From Octopus sinensis (lineage: Eukaryota), in contig NC_043001.1 of the NCBI RefSeq assembly GCF_006345805.1, positions 104,780,001-104,844,000 of the forward strand: DNA of 64,000 nucleotides, in the 5' to 3' direction. The notes below the pieces were generated by a model. It worked only from the letters and a program-made list of their open reading frames with translations. It was not told the origin of the DNA and ran no database searches. Positions 1-12,581 of the stretch are shown here, in pieces. The position numbers and the translations under genes are program-made. The stretch's first letter is position 1. Every line of letters starts with the position of its first letter.

Positions 1-145
1 CCTTCGACTATCGTGGGTGTTACATTCCAAAACCTCTCACAGAATTAATATCTAAAAAAATAAATAAATACCTATCGGCTTTAGAAACCCGGATATAGTG
101 AGGGGTTACTGTACAAGCATATATATAAATCACTTTTCACTCTCC

Positions 146-181
<36 letters not shown>

Positions 182-369
182 AGAGAGAGACTTACATATG
201 TGCATGTATATCTAGGTGTGTGTACGCACATACACACACAAACATATAATTTGTCTAATAGCAAAATGCGAAGCTACTGCATGAATCCCAGAAATCTTGG
301 ATGTTATCAGTTATTGACTTTTGCACTGGGAAATATGATGAAGGCGATCAAGACTTCAAGACTACTTTT

Positions 370-584
370 GGCTTCAAATTTATGCACAAGGCCAGACATT
401 TAAGGAAAGTTGCACCAGTCGATTATATCGATTCCAGTGCGTAATTGGTACTTATTTTATCGGCCCCAAAATGATGAAAGGCAAAGTCGACCTCGCCGGA
501 ATTTGAACACAGAACGTAACAGTAGACGAAATATCGCTAAGCATTTCTCCCAGCGTGCTAACGTTTTTGCCAGCTCACCGCCTT
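370..584 (-). mobile_element. SINE family A (tRNA-like head aaggcggcgagctggcagaa..GTTCAAATTCC)
   Basis: Shared core ggcaaagtcgacctcggcggaatttgaac and gtaccagtt..ggggtcgatgtaatcgac, present in more than 20 copies in the window. Confidence 0.85.
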
Positions 585-1425
585 ACTTGGTGCATTAGGA
601 ATGTAAGTGAGTTGGAATATTTTCTTTTGACAATCGAAAATAGGCCGTAAACTTGACATTCTTGAAATACAATGCTTAATTTATGAAACACGTATCTATT
701 CATTAAATAATAATCTAATTATTCGTAATATCATTTCAAAGGCTGGGCTGAAGTCGAAAGTGAAGGGTACCTCGTACATAGTGGAACCTTCTTTATCATT
801 CTCAGATGGTTGATATTCAAACTCGACTTCGGTGAAATTCGATTCTGGGACAGTGAACTACTTATTCTCCCTCCGCCCTATTCGTCATTGTGCTTCACAC
901 CTAATACCCTCAAGCCGAATAGTAGGTCAGTAGTAGAAGATTTTTGGGTCTTTCGTATAGTTGTAGGTCTTAAGTATAAAATGGTACAGAAGATAAAAGT
1001 AATTTATAATTGGGTGACAACAACACAACGCTCACATATCTCATAAATTATCTTGATGACCTATTTCGTGGTTGTACTGTAGAAGTAATCGCTATAAAAT
1101 ATCCTAAGCAAAACACCTTTTCAATGTAATTCAAATGCACACATTATGTTATGCTCAAACCTAATTGATTATCTGCGAGGTAACAACATCCACTGAAAAC
1201 CAGGATATCCCCAACAAATCTTAAAACTTTTCACTCGAACAGAAGCATTTAAGCCATACTACATTGTAGTCAAAGCAACCAAGATACTATCACAAATTCC
1301 AACCCATCGTCATAGTTCTTGTGGTGGTGGAAACAGTGTAGGATTGCCCCATTAAGCTATACCGTTCGATGAAAGAGACTTTTTCCTCCTCTGGCCATGG
1401 ACAGGAAGATCGTTTCCGGTAATCT

Positions 1426-1526
1426 GGCAGGGTCACCCAAGGCGGGCAGGGTCACCTACGGCGGGCAGGGTCGCCCACGGCGGGCAGGGTCTCCCAAGGC
1501 GGGCAGGGTCACCCAAGGAGGGCAGG
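1426..1526 (+). repeat. GC-rich 19-bp minisatellite, 5.3 copies
   Basis: Unit GGCAGGGTCACCCAAGGCG starting at 1426, 1445, 1464, 1483, 1502 and 1521. Confidence 0.95.
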
Positions 1527-1954
1527 TAAACGGGGCTCTAGTTACCTGCATGGGGAGCAGCATAGCAGATGTGAAACCTTGGCAGAAGAACTGCCAAATC
1601 CAAAACAGATCAATGGCCAGGGTCAACCAGTTCAGTCAGAGAAATACGGCGATCACCAATAGACGTGGATGACGATTATACTGAGTTATCGAAAGACTAA
1701 TCAAGAATATAGATCGGGTAAACCAAAGTATAACAGCTTCACGTATCAAGAAAATTATTTTGCGTTTAATACTCTCTGCAAATAAACAGCAAACTTCTCA
1801 AATCCCAAATGTCAATACAAAAACTATAATTTCTATTGATAGCAATCTTACACCCCCTCACACCCCCACAACTGTGCCAATCATACATTTTAAAGACCAT
1901 ACTTACTCTCCAGAGCGAAGACGTACTTCAGTGCTGCCGCGATAGTGACCCTTT

Positions 1955-2215
1955 ACAAGGGTTAACTTTCAGCTCTCCATCGGTTACGACGATGAGGGTT
2001 CCAGCTGATGCGATCAACGGAATAGCCTCCTCGTGGCTGAGCACTCCACAGACACGTGTATCCTTAACGTAGTTCTCAGGGAGATCCAGCATGACACAGA
2101 GTGTGACAAGGCTGGCCCTGTTGAAATACAGGTCCAACTCATTTTTTGCCAGCTGAATGGACTGGAGCAACGTGAAGTGTTTTGTTCAAAGACAGCACAC
2201 CTCCAAGAACCGACC
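1955..2215 (-). mobile_element. SINE family D-related copy
   Basis: gacacagagtgtgacaaggctggccc and gccagctgaatggactggagcaacgtgaa shared with 14390, 34620 and 38700. Confidence 0.75.
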
Positions 2216-2936
2216 GCACTTACCCACGTGCCTTCACAAGGGTTAATTAAAGTCAATATTAGAGAACTGATCGGATATTTGAGACATAAATGCTGCTACA
2301 CACAAACATTCTAGATCTCATTCTAGAACAAAACAAAAGTAACAGCGACGCATTACTAATAAACATAAATCAATGATTGACTTAGGGACCCGTGATATCC
2401 TTTGCCTCTTCTTAACTGTAAGAGTTTTCGCCTGTTTGATTTGGCATATTTGACAATATGTTTATCATCTTCAATCAATGAGCCAAGTCAACGAAGGTGC
2501 CTCTACGCGGTTTTATAACCTGATATAATAAATATTTTAATCTTCTTAAAATTGTACTTAAGAGCTTTAAAACCGAATGATTCTTTTAGATAAAGCACTC
2601 CCGAATATAATGTAGCAGGAAAAAGAGGGAATAGTCATGATTCGAATGTCGATCGGACAATGTACGTGTTCTTTACAGAAAGATGCTGTTTACCTTTGGA
2701 CGGCATTCAAACACAAGGCTGTAAATTTCCAAGATCCAGTACAAAAGAATAACATCTGTTACCCTATGTTTGAGACCACGTTGTCCATTCTCCGCTGTGA
2801 CCACCACCTGAATCTAAAGAGCATCTGCTAGAAATAGCAACCAAATCTTTCTCTAATCATACTTTAGGCTTCTTAAAACAGCAAAGTCACACTAAACAAT
2901 TCAATGGTAGATAAAGGAATGGTAAATTCAGTTTTC

Positions 2937-3402
2937 TTTTATTCTTTGTTTCAAGCATTTGACTGTGGCCATGCTGGAGCACCGCCTTTAGTCGAGCAAA
3001 TCGGCCCCAGGACTTATTCTATATAAGCCTAGTAATTATTCTATGGGTCTCTTTTGCCGAACCGCTAAGCATCAGTTGTCAAGCGATGTTGGTGGGGAGA
3101 CAAACACACACACACACAAACACACACATATATATATATATATGACGGGCTTCTTTCAGTTTGGTTGGCCCTTGGGCTATAGTAGAAGACACTTGCCGAA
3201 GGTGTCACGCAGTGGGATTGAACCCGGAACCATGTGGTTGGTAAGCAAGCTACTTACCACACAGCCACTCCTGCGCTTTGTTTACACATATACGAGAGGC
3301 TTCCATCAGTTTCCGTCTTGTCCAAGGTGTCACGCAGTGGGATTGAACCCGCAACCATATGGTTAGTAAGCAAACTACTTACCACACAGCCACTCCTGCG
3401 CC
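2937..3402 (-). mobile_element. SINE family B (CORE-like; tRNA head, internal microsatellite), with duplicated head fragment
   Basis: Head ggcgcaggagtggctgtgtggtaagtagcttgct..accttgggcaagtgtcttct (CORE-like); tail ggtgctccagcatggcc(g/a)cagtcaaatg. Resembles octopus OR-type CORE-SINEs from memory. Confidence 0.85.
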
Positions 3403-3715
3403 TTATTTTATCATAGACAATTATTTTATTATAGATTTGCTCCTCTAGCGCTGACTCGGGCCACGACAACAATAGATGCACTGAAAAAGGCTGCACAATG
3501 TGTACAAACTATGAAAATTGCTTGCGAAATGTGCAATATACTTTTTTACGTAAACACATTCATGTATTCGGAACAACTGACCTGTGGGTCGCCGATATCG
3601 TTCCGTCGACAACCTGCGTTTTAACCTCGCCATTCTAAGAGGTCGCTCTCGAAGTCTTAACTGCCACCACTCCTCTAACGAAATAATAACAAGAATAATA
3701 ATCCTTGCTTTTATA

Positions 3716-3908
3716 CGCACAAGGGGTGAAATCTTTGGGGAGGAGGCTAGTCGATTACATCGACCCCAGTAGTACTTAATTTATCGGCCCCGAAATGATG
3801 AAAGGAAAAAATCGACCTCGGCGGAATTTGAACTCAGAACATAAAGCCTTAAGAAATGCCTCTAAGCATTTTACCTGGCGTGCTACCAAATCTGCCATTT
3901 CCCCGCCG
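3716..3908 (-). mobile_element. SINE family A
   Basis: Shared family A core. Confidence 0.85.
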
Positions 3909-3927
3909 AATATTTCTTCTTGAAAGA

Positions 3928-4115
3928 GACACATGGCCTGAAATTTGGGGAAGGGTCGAGTCGATCACACCAACCCCATTACTTAACTGGTATTTATTTA
4001 ATCAACTCTGAAATTATGAAAAGTAAAGTCAGTCTCGGCGGAATTTGAACTCGGAATGTAAAGGCAGACAAAATGTCGCCAAGCATTTTATCGAAGGCGC
4101 TTACGATTCTGTCAA
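3928..4115 (-). mobile_element. SINE family A
   Basis: Shared family A core; tandem with the previous copy. Confidence 0.8.
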
Positions 4116-4737
4116 ATCGAAATACACATAAATGGTGGCTCCTAATTCTGAAAAGTCTTCAATTTGCCATTTTACCGATTTTATTTCTTTTGAAAACGAA
4201 TGCTTTACAAGTTATAACTTCATTCGATCACAGAATCTGAACGAATTATTAAAAAAGACAAAATATGCAAATGGCGATTCCTTTAAATTTTTCATAATTT
4301 GCTAAAAACATGTTAAAACGAATTGACCAAGAAATTTATTCAATATTTTCGACCAGAATAAAGGTGTCATTTTAACCTTTCGTTCAATAAAAAAAAAACA
4401 GGAAAACCAAAAGCAGATTATTATTCAAAGATATTGATGGAACTGATGTAACCATTAATCAGCTGTCTGGAGGAGAATATAAAATGGCTTCCATACTATT
4501 CATGTATTTTTCTAAATAATTTTTTGTTGAGGACATCTGCTTATATTGTGACGATTCGTAGACGAGCGAACGAGTAAAATGCACCTGTCTTCGTTTTTTG
4601 TTTTCCTATAAATTTCTAAAACGTATTCAGTTTAATGCTAAAATGTTTATATATACATAAGTTGACATAACAACAAATACGTGTGTGCGCACACACAAAC
4701 ACACGCATTTGTTGTTATGTCAAGTTATGTATATATA

Positions 4738-5362
4738 CAATTCTTTATTGTCCACAAGGGGCTAAGCATAGAGGGGATCTTTTCGGTTTGAACGGCAGTT
4801 TTTTCTAGCGGTGTCATATGAAATTGTCACCCATAATTATGACCCTAGTATCGATCTATTGCATTTCAATCTGTTTTAGGGTAAGGGTTAGAGTTAGGGT
4901 TAGGGGTGGGGGAAAGGGTATCTTTTTTTCTTCAGAAATGTAAATAAACCCAATCTGTTTCTTAAACGAGGAAATATTCATACGGCATAGAATGTTTTCA
5001 CCTCAATAGACGCCATTGATTGGTTGAAATTGAAGAAAAAACAACAACTATAGAATTTTCTCAATAAAGCCAAGAGAAAAAGTTTTTTTATAAACACATT
5101 CTACCAGTATACGAAGTTTAAAAGTATTTAGTTACGTGGAAATTATTTTAAAAACTGCCGGTCAAACCAAAAAGATCCCATAGAGGGGACAAACAAGGTC
5201 TGACAAAGGGACTAAATCGATTACATCGACCCCAGTACGTAACTGGTACTTATTTAATCGACCCCGAAAGGATGAAAGGCAAAGTCGACCTCGGCGGAAT
5301 TTGAACTCAGAACGTAGCGGCAGACGAAATACTGCTAAGCATTTCGCCCAGCTAGCCGCCTT
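4738..5362 (-). mobile_element. SINE family A with 18-bp TSD, interrupted by a MITE
   Basis: TSD TCAAGTTATGTATATATA at 4720-4737 and 5363-5380. Confidence 0.9.
4775..5178. mobile_element. Non-autonomous DNA transposon (MITE), GG...CC termini, 8-bp TSD (Merlin- or hAT-like)
   Basis: TIR GGATCTTTTCGGTTTGAACGGCAGTTTTT / AAAAACTGCCGGTCAAACCAAAAAGATCC; TSD CATAGAGG at 4767-74 and 5179-86. Confidence 0.85.
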
Positions 5363-5592
5363 TCAAGTTATGTATATATAAACAATTTAGCATTAAACTG
5401 AATACGTTTTGGAAGAGTTCATATTTATTAACTTTTACAAGAAACAGTTTGCCAGTGACTTCGAAGCTTCGATTTGCTCGCCTCCATTAGACGGTGATTC
5501 ACTTTTAGTTCTTCTTGATTTTATATCGATAAAAAGTCTAAAACGAAAGCGAGATATATATATATATATATATATCAACAACTTATAAACAA

Positions 5593-5796
5593 GAGCAAAA
5601 TGAAAATTATTTTCATGCCAATATGCTGATAACAGACTTTAACTCGTCAATTTCTATATATCATTATACACTCACTATAAATACACGTGATTTCAGCACG
5701 ACGTGTATTTATAGTGAGTGTATAATGATATGTGGAAATTGACGAGTTAAAGTCTCTTATCAGCATATTGGCATGAAAATAATTTTTCTTTTGCTC
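5593..5796. repeat. Hairpin or foldback, ~96-bp arms, 12-nt loop
   Basis: gagcaaaa...ataaatacacgt [gatttcagcacg] acgtgtatttat...ttttgctc, with few mismatches. Confidence 0.9.
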
Positions 5797-5814
5797 GCTC
5801 TGTCTGTCTGTCTG

Positions 5815-5870
<56 letters not shown>

Positions 5871-5883
5871 ATCTATATATATA

Positions 5884-5928
<45 letters not shown>

Positions 5929-5992
5929 TATCAATAAGGTAAACAGTTACTTTCAAATTCACTGTATCATAGCTTACGCAGAGTTGGGGTAT

Positions 5993-6103
5993 GGGTCGAT
6001 AAATTAAGTACCAGTTACGCACTGGGGTCGATGTAATCGACTTAATTCGTTTGTCTGCCCTTGTTTGTCCCCTCTATGTTTAGCCCCTTGTGGGCAATGA
6101 AGA

Positions 6104-6105
<2 letters not shown>
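5993..6105 (+). mobile_element. SINE family A, 3' part
   Basis: gggtcgataaattaagtaccag...gccccttgtgggcaatgaagaaat. Confidence 0.8.
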
Positions 6106-6158
<53 letters not shown>

Positions 6159-6329
6159 CACACACATATGCAATATATGCATTTTTTCAGTTTATCTGTA
6201 ACTTCCACTGGACTGTATCCATCCTTTGCTACGAATCTGTATGCTACGGTAGACTGTCTTGCGCATTGCAATTAATAAATGGCCATTATCTTAGCTTGCT
6301 TGGATGTTTTATCTAATATTTCAAACTGG

Positions 6330-6800
6330 TGCAGGACCTGAAGGAATCCATCCTCACTACACAAAGGAGATTGACTCGAGGAAGCAGATGAGCCATTAGG
6401 AGGAGCTAAAGAAACTGAAGCTCCCTAGATAGAAGGCTTAAAAGATATGCAGCGGTATATAAATGGAAGAACCTGGAAGAATCTAATCGAGCTCCCAGCT
6501 TTGGAATTGAAAGCTACACCAACCACCGAACTTGGTGGCTCTGTATAGTACCAAAGATCTCATCTTCTCCGTCACGAACAAGGACCCAGTACTGCAACAG
6601 CTTGGGTTTCAAAGGTCCACGACTATACTGCATTCTGCCTACAACCTCAGAGAATTGCGAGGTGTAGATGTGGAGATCTTCGAAGAGCATCTGGACAAAT
6701 TTTTATCTGAGATACCAGATGAGCCTCCATCACAGCAGGAGGCACAAAGAAGAGTAGCTCCGTTCAACTCCCCCACTTTATTAGAAGAGTATAGGAAAGA
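6330..6800 (+). mobile_element. CR1/L2-type LINE 3' fragment
   Basis: C-terminal motif EIFEEHLDKFLSEIPDEP typical of CR1/L2 ORF2 ends; disrupted upstream. Confidence 0.7.
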
Positions 6801-7189
6801 AACTCAAACACTCCGAAAGGCAGTGCTCCAGCATGGCATCAATTTACAGCTAAAACCAATAAAAAATTAAAGATACATAAAAATATTGAGCCAATAATTG
6901 AACCTGCGATGTTATTCGATGTGCTCGAAATAGCAGCTAAATAATCCTTGTATCACTCGAAGTTACTTTAAATATATACAATGGGTAGTAAGTTCCTAAT
7001 TACATAATGTCTTTAGAAATGTCGAAATGGTCACGTTTGGAAAGTATATTTGTGATAACAACTTGGACAATTGGGGACGACATATTAAACAAGTGAAATA
7101 TCTTAACGTCTGCTTTAATGAAATATATTGCGTGAAGAGATTGACGAGCTCTTCAATATTGTGAGCGACTCAATATATTGGAATACTCA

Positions 7190-7257
<68 letters not shown>

Positions 7258-7675
7258 GAGAATCTTTTGGACATATCCAGTGGGGGCTGCTTCGATATAT
7301 GAGTAAAATTTTATTCCAAAATTTGTTTTAAATCGCTTCAGAATCTCAAAGATATTAATAGCCATGCATGATTAAATTCTAACAGTTATTATAGAGCATT
7401 GTTGTTGTTATAGTGCATTGTTGTGCCATTCAAGACACATTATATTTTACAAACAATACACAATGCTTCAAGCGAATTACAATACTCTCCTATTAAGTAC
7501 TGCATTTGCTTACTTCATGCCAAGTTTTCAATATTTCAAATTCTGTTTGTAATTAATCTGTAGAAACTCCAATTTTATTAAGGGACCCTCCCAAGAGTAA
7601 AGACTGATCATTAGGACCCACGATCTTCTGCAGTTATTGGTTATTTTTGTTTCAGGTTCACCCTAAGTTTTTTTT

Positions 7676-8030
7676 CTTTTATTTCTTTTACTTGTGTGTC
7701 ATTTGACTGCGGCCATGCTGAAGCACAGCCTTTAGTCGAACAAGTCGACACCAAGACTTATACTTTCTAAGCCTAGTACTTATTCTATCAATCTCTTTTG
7801 CCGAATCGCTAAGTTACGGGGACATAAACACACCAGCATCGGTTGTCAAGCAATGGCGGTGGGGGACACACAAATACATATATATATATATATGACGGGC
7901 TTCTTACAGTTTCTATCTACCAAGTCCACTCACAAGGCTTTGGTCAGCCCAAGGTGCCACGCAGTGGAATTGAACACAGAACTATGTGGTTGGGAAGCAA
8001 GCTTCTTACCACACAGCCATTCCTGCACTT
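7676..8030 (-). mobile_element. SINE family B
   Basis: Head and tail motifs as at 2937. Confidence 0.85.
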
Positions 8031-8714
8031 GTGTCGCATCATGCGCATTAAAGTATATTGTTTTCATCCGAGAACCTGTATAAGCTTTTGGTCCTTATGT
8101 AGTTTGAAGACATCTTCCACATTTCTATTTTATTATTTGATATTCTGGTTCTCCTAGCTTAGCTATTGACTAGTTTGTGTTCTAATAACTGAAGATAAGT
8201 ATCAAATATTTTTCCATGGTAAAACCACCATCATCCTAGCTTTGCAGCTGTATCGAGATCGTGCAGCTCTCGATAAACTTTTGACATCTTATTTCAAGTT
8301 GAATTTTATCAAAAATAAATATTCGTACAGTGCAGGTATACAATATCTACGTTTCACTAGTTTAGCAATTGATTGAACAACCAGTCGTATTAATATTCCA
8401 GATAGGTATGTTAGCTTCTGTTTGTTCAGAAGACGTGTTGAGGACCATCTATAAAAATATAATCGATTATTTTGTTTTCATAATTCATTAAATGTCCTTG
8501 TTCATGAGTTTAGAGAGAAATACTGTTGAGATAGAAAATACTGTTATGTTTTTCCATTTGGATAATGTCTCTTTGATCATCCTGTTGACTTATTTTATCG
8601 ATCTGAATGAATGGAATAGCTACGTTCAGCTAAGAGAAATAACTTATATACCATTGAGCATTTTTTTTGTCCGACAGAATGTTTTATCGTTCATGGTCTG
8701 ATCAATAAAACTCA

Positions 8715-8763
<49 letters not shown>

Positions 8764-9260
8764 ATGAGTTGATAAACAAAAGGAAGTAGTGCTCAACTCA
8801 TTTGGGAGTGACATATATTTCTAAATAATTTGATATCGATCGGATGTGATGGGTCCATGTTATACGGCCACGAAACTTTAAGTCATACGGCGCTGAGTCA
8901 GACTGTTCCTTTTATGTGACCGTCATGCATACACTTATTTATACTTATTTACACACAGGACCGTCAAAAGTAAACAGACACCAGTACTTTTGAAGGATTT
9001 ACTTCTACAAACAAAATAATGGCATTTGATGTATTTAAATATTTAATCTAGGATTTAGTAGACAGGCCTTGTGCTTAAAACTTAACCTGCTTGAAGCACC
9101 GCATAAAGTCTGCACAGATAAAACACTATAATGCGGGCTGTCTATGCACACCCACACACACATACTGCTATACTATGGTATATAAATTATATGTATAATT
9201 TTTACACGTTTATGCATGTATCGAATGAAGCTTGAATGCTTGATAATAAAAATACGAATA

Positions 9261-9292
<32 letters not shown>

Positions 9293-9521
9293 ATGTGTGT
9301 GCGTGTGTGCATATGTGTATGTTATTGTTAAACAAAAACATTGTTGACAGTGATTTCGAAGCTTCGGCCAGTTAAGACATGGTCAGACGATGGCTCAATT
9401 CACTGTGAACAATTATCTTGTTTATGAATAATAAATTTCTTCTCTGCAAAATTACAGAGTATTCCATCAGATTTAATACAAGATTGTTTTTTGTTACAAC
9501 TAATAACTAAAATTAAACACA

Positions 9522-9812
9522 CACCGCACGTACGTACATATGTACGTACGTATGTATGCAAGTATGTATGTACGTACGTATGTATGCAAGTATGTATGTA
9601 CGTACGTATATATGTACGTATGTATGTACGTATATATGTACGTATGTATGTATGTACGTATATATGTACGTATGTATGTATGTACGTATATATGTACGTA
9701 TGTATGTATGTACGTATATATGTACGTATGTATGTATGTACGTATATATGTACGTATGTATGTATGTATGTATGTATGTATGTACGTAGTATGTATGTAT
9801 ATATGTATGTAT
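9522..9812. repeat. (TATG/TACG)n compound tetranucleotide array with higher-order units
   Basis: Direct inspection. Confidence 0.95.
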
Positions 9813-10189
9813 GACGCGCTAAGGTGTCAAGTAATGTATTTATAAAGCTATATGATTACCCTATATTGTAGAGTCGTGCTGTCTATCTTTAGTTTCACGC
9901 TCTCGTTCTTCAGGTCCTATTTATCTCCACAGGGTATATACAAACAAACAATTTCTGATCTAGTTTTTATGGCCTTTGAAGATTATCTTTTCTGCTGATT
10001 ACTTGGTTAAAAATGTGGGATTATATAATCCTTATTTAAATTATTACGCGTTTATATGTTTCTACCTGAAGGATTCTATAGAGTTAACTGCTGTGGCAAA
10101 TTATTGACTCTATGTAATGTATATATATATATATAAATTATATAAAAACCTCTATTATGTAATTCAAACAATGATAGATATAGTGTGTG

Positions 10190-10224
<35 letters not shown>

Positions 10225-10226
<2 letters not shown>

Positions 10227-10675
10227 GTTAAGAAGGACAACAAACGTTAAGACAAGGCAGACACCTCAAGTCATATACATTATTATTGGAAAAAATTCAA
10301 AGTCTTACAGCTGTTTCTGGGATATCCCAGTGTATGGTATATTCCGTCATCGGAGATAATTAGGGGAAATGAGAAGGGTATAGATTAATGAAATGACGAC
10401 ACAGTGGACAAGAGTAAAGGAATAAGGAGATGAAGAAAGAGAAGGAAAAAGAACCATAAACGTTCACAGTTCAAATTTCTGATCTTGTAGAAGTCCATAA
10501 GCCCTTAGGTTCAATTCTGCGTAAATCCATGTGGGTTAAAGTCCTGATAGTGTAAATATCCAGATATAGACTCGAAAATATCAACGTTCAATAACCTTGG
10601 AGCCCTAGTAATCCGTTACAGTAATTAACTAGCGTGCCTGGTCATGTAGTTCATCTGTGAACTAAACTCCCATAT
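10225..10675 (-). mobile_element. PLE-like terminal fragment inserted in (TA)n
   Basis: Flanked by TA arrays on both sides and carries the hammerhead-like motif at 10303-10356. Confidence 0.5.
10303..10356 (-). ncRNA. Degenerate hammerhead motif (U4C) in a PLE-like terminal fragment
   Basis: TCT-CCGATGA-stem II (8/11 paired)-GAAA-C-AGCT-G-TA-AGA; palindromic ACAGCTGT stem III. Confidence 0.5.
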
Positions 10676-10677
10676 TT

Positions 10678-10712
<35 letters not shown>

Positions 10713-11137
10713 GGCATGCAGTAGGGTTATTACACTGACATAGCCCTTCGGCTGTGTTGACGGGTGCACGTAGTATTATGCTTGTGCACAACTATAGCTA
10801 ACTCTAAGTCTGTGTTTGTTAAAGTTTCCTGTTCCTATGGTTAAGAGTGAAGTGCTTGTCTACTACCGGTAGAAGATCTCCTTCTAAATTTTAATATTTA
10901 CATAGCGTTAAATGGGGTGTATGAACCATGTAACCTCTTCTTTTTAGTGTGGAAGCAGCAGAGGCGTGGAAGTAAAACAAGTACTTAATTTTTCTTTGAA
11001 TCTAAAGCTGTATCAGAGTCCGTCTTATTAAACATTTTGTTATTATAGGAAGACAGATTAGAGAGCCAGCAGCTAATGCTATTGGGAATTTTTATAAACT
11101 GTGGTTTGTTGGGATTACATGAATTTACATTAATATA

Positions 11138-11358
11138 CAGTAATCTCTCGCCTTATCACGGTTCACCTATCGCGGTTTTATTATTTAAGTTTACGTCGAT
11201 TCCTCCGTGGTGTTGTTTTGCATTTATAATAAAATAAATATGTATAAATTATGAAAATAATAAAAAAAAATATACAGTCCAGTACTGTTTCTACTTTGTG
11301 GATCTTCCCCTATCACGGGGGTTGGAATGTAACACCCGCGATAGTCGAGGGATTACTG
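11138..11358. mobile_element. Tc1/pogo (Tigger-like) MITE
   Basis: TIR CAGTAATCTCTCG / CGAGGGATTACTG with TA target duplication. Confidence 0.85.
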
Positions 11359-11370
11359 TAATAACTTTTC

Positions 11371-11582
11371 ATGGCTGCGATCTGGCAGATTCGTTGTCCG
11401 GCAAGCAAAACGATTAGCGGCATTTCGTCAGTCTTTATATTCCAAGTTCAAATTCCGCCGAGGTTGACTTTACCTTTCATCCTTTCGGGGTCGATAAAAT
11501 AAGTACCAGTTGAACTCTGGAGTCGATGTAATCGACTATGCCCTTCTCCGAAATTGCTGGCCTTGTGCTAAAACTTGAAATC
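11371..11582 (+). mobile_element. SINE family A
   Basis: Shared family A core. Confidence 0.85.
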
Positions 11583-11892
11583 AACACAACTTTCCTTTAG
11601 GTTTTCTAATCGTTTTACGTTAGCTATTTGTTAAATCAATTACAGAACTTCTTGTTCCTTTGTTGGGGCGGGGTGTTTGATGTATCAGAACGTTTCTCTT
11701 TGTGTCCGCTATTTTGCAAGGTATAATTGTATTAGGGACTACTTTATCCTATATTTCGCTTTTGAAAGAAAGATACTTGATCCTTCTGTTAATGTGGTAC
11801 AATAACCTCTTAAAATAACCTGGGCCGACACTGATATGATCTTATGTTTAAGTAAAAAATATTTTCCATTTGGTTCTTTGAAAATATTCTTT

Positions 11893-12050
11893 ACTACTCT
11901 AAGCACAAGGCCCGAAATTTTTTGGGGAGGGGGCCAGTCGATTAAATTGACCCCAGTACGCAATTGGTACTTAATTTATCGACCCCGAAAGGATGAAAGG
12001 CAAAGTCGACCTCGGCGGAATTTGAACTCGGAAATATAGACAGACGAAAG
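11893..12050 (-). mobile_element. SINE family A (5'-truncated)
   Basis: Shared family A core. Confidence 0.85.
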
Positions 12051-12581
12051 TTCTTCGAAAATATTGTATAAGCAAGTTGTGTGACAACTCAACAATAGTA
12101 AGGTTGTCAACAGTAGTAAGGCTAGAGTTAAAAACGAAGATAACGACCTTCATTAATTCGTGTCAAGTTAATTACAGTTAACTAGTCAACCGTGCACGAG
12201 CTAAAGTTAATGAGATGAAATTTCTTAGCAAGTATATCTAAATGTAAGAGATTACATCTGCTTACCATGACATTTTACCTTGAAATTATATCGAATGAAC
12301 CTTTTGCTACGGAATTTTCTTTTTCACAGGCAGAGTTCTTTTTTTAACATTAACGGTTATGTCAACACAGTTGTTGTCTAATGAGTTTTAGTTCTTGATA
12401 AAATCTAGAGATGCGAAGCAGGGTTTGGCATAGAGTGCGATAAAAAAAGATCGACAATGTAGAAATGAATAAAACTACAAGAGTGATTGTTATTCATATT
12501 CTTCATCAGACACCAATACTATTTCTTATGTGACGTAGCTCTGTTGTTTTCCTAATAGTACAGGTAAAAATATTAGAATCT

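Larger units (their letters stand above)
4614..5414. repeat. Foldback element (arms ~70 bp) split by nested insertions
   Basis: ttctaaaacgtattcag...aaatacgtgtgt (4614-4685) pairs with acacacgcatttg...tatatata plus aacaatttagc...cgttttggaa (to 5414) once 4738-5380 is removed. Confidence 0.8.

Noticed and set aside
1426-1526. CRISPR-like appearance of short repeats
   Set aside because: Contiguous tandem units with no unique spacers, in a eukaryotic context with no cas genes.
4877-4912. Telomere or chromosome-fusion site
   Set aside because: Only a few degenerate TTAGGG units, located inside a TIR/TSD-bounded MITE.
5610-5665. CTGATAA..GAG/CTC three-way-junction-like pattern in the 5593 hairpin arms
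   Set aside because: It lacks G8 and the GAAA segment, so it is not a hammerhead.
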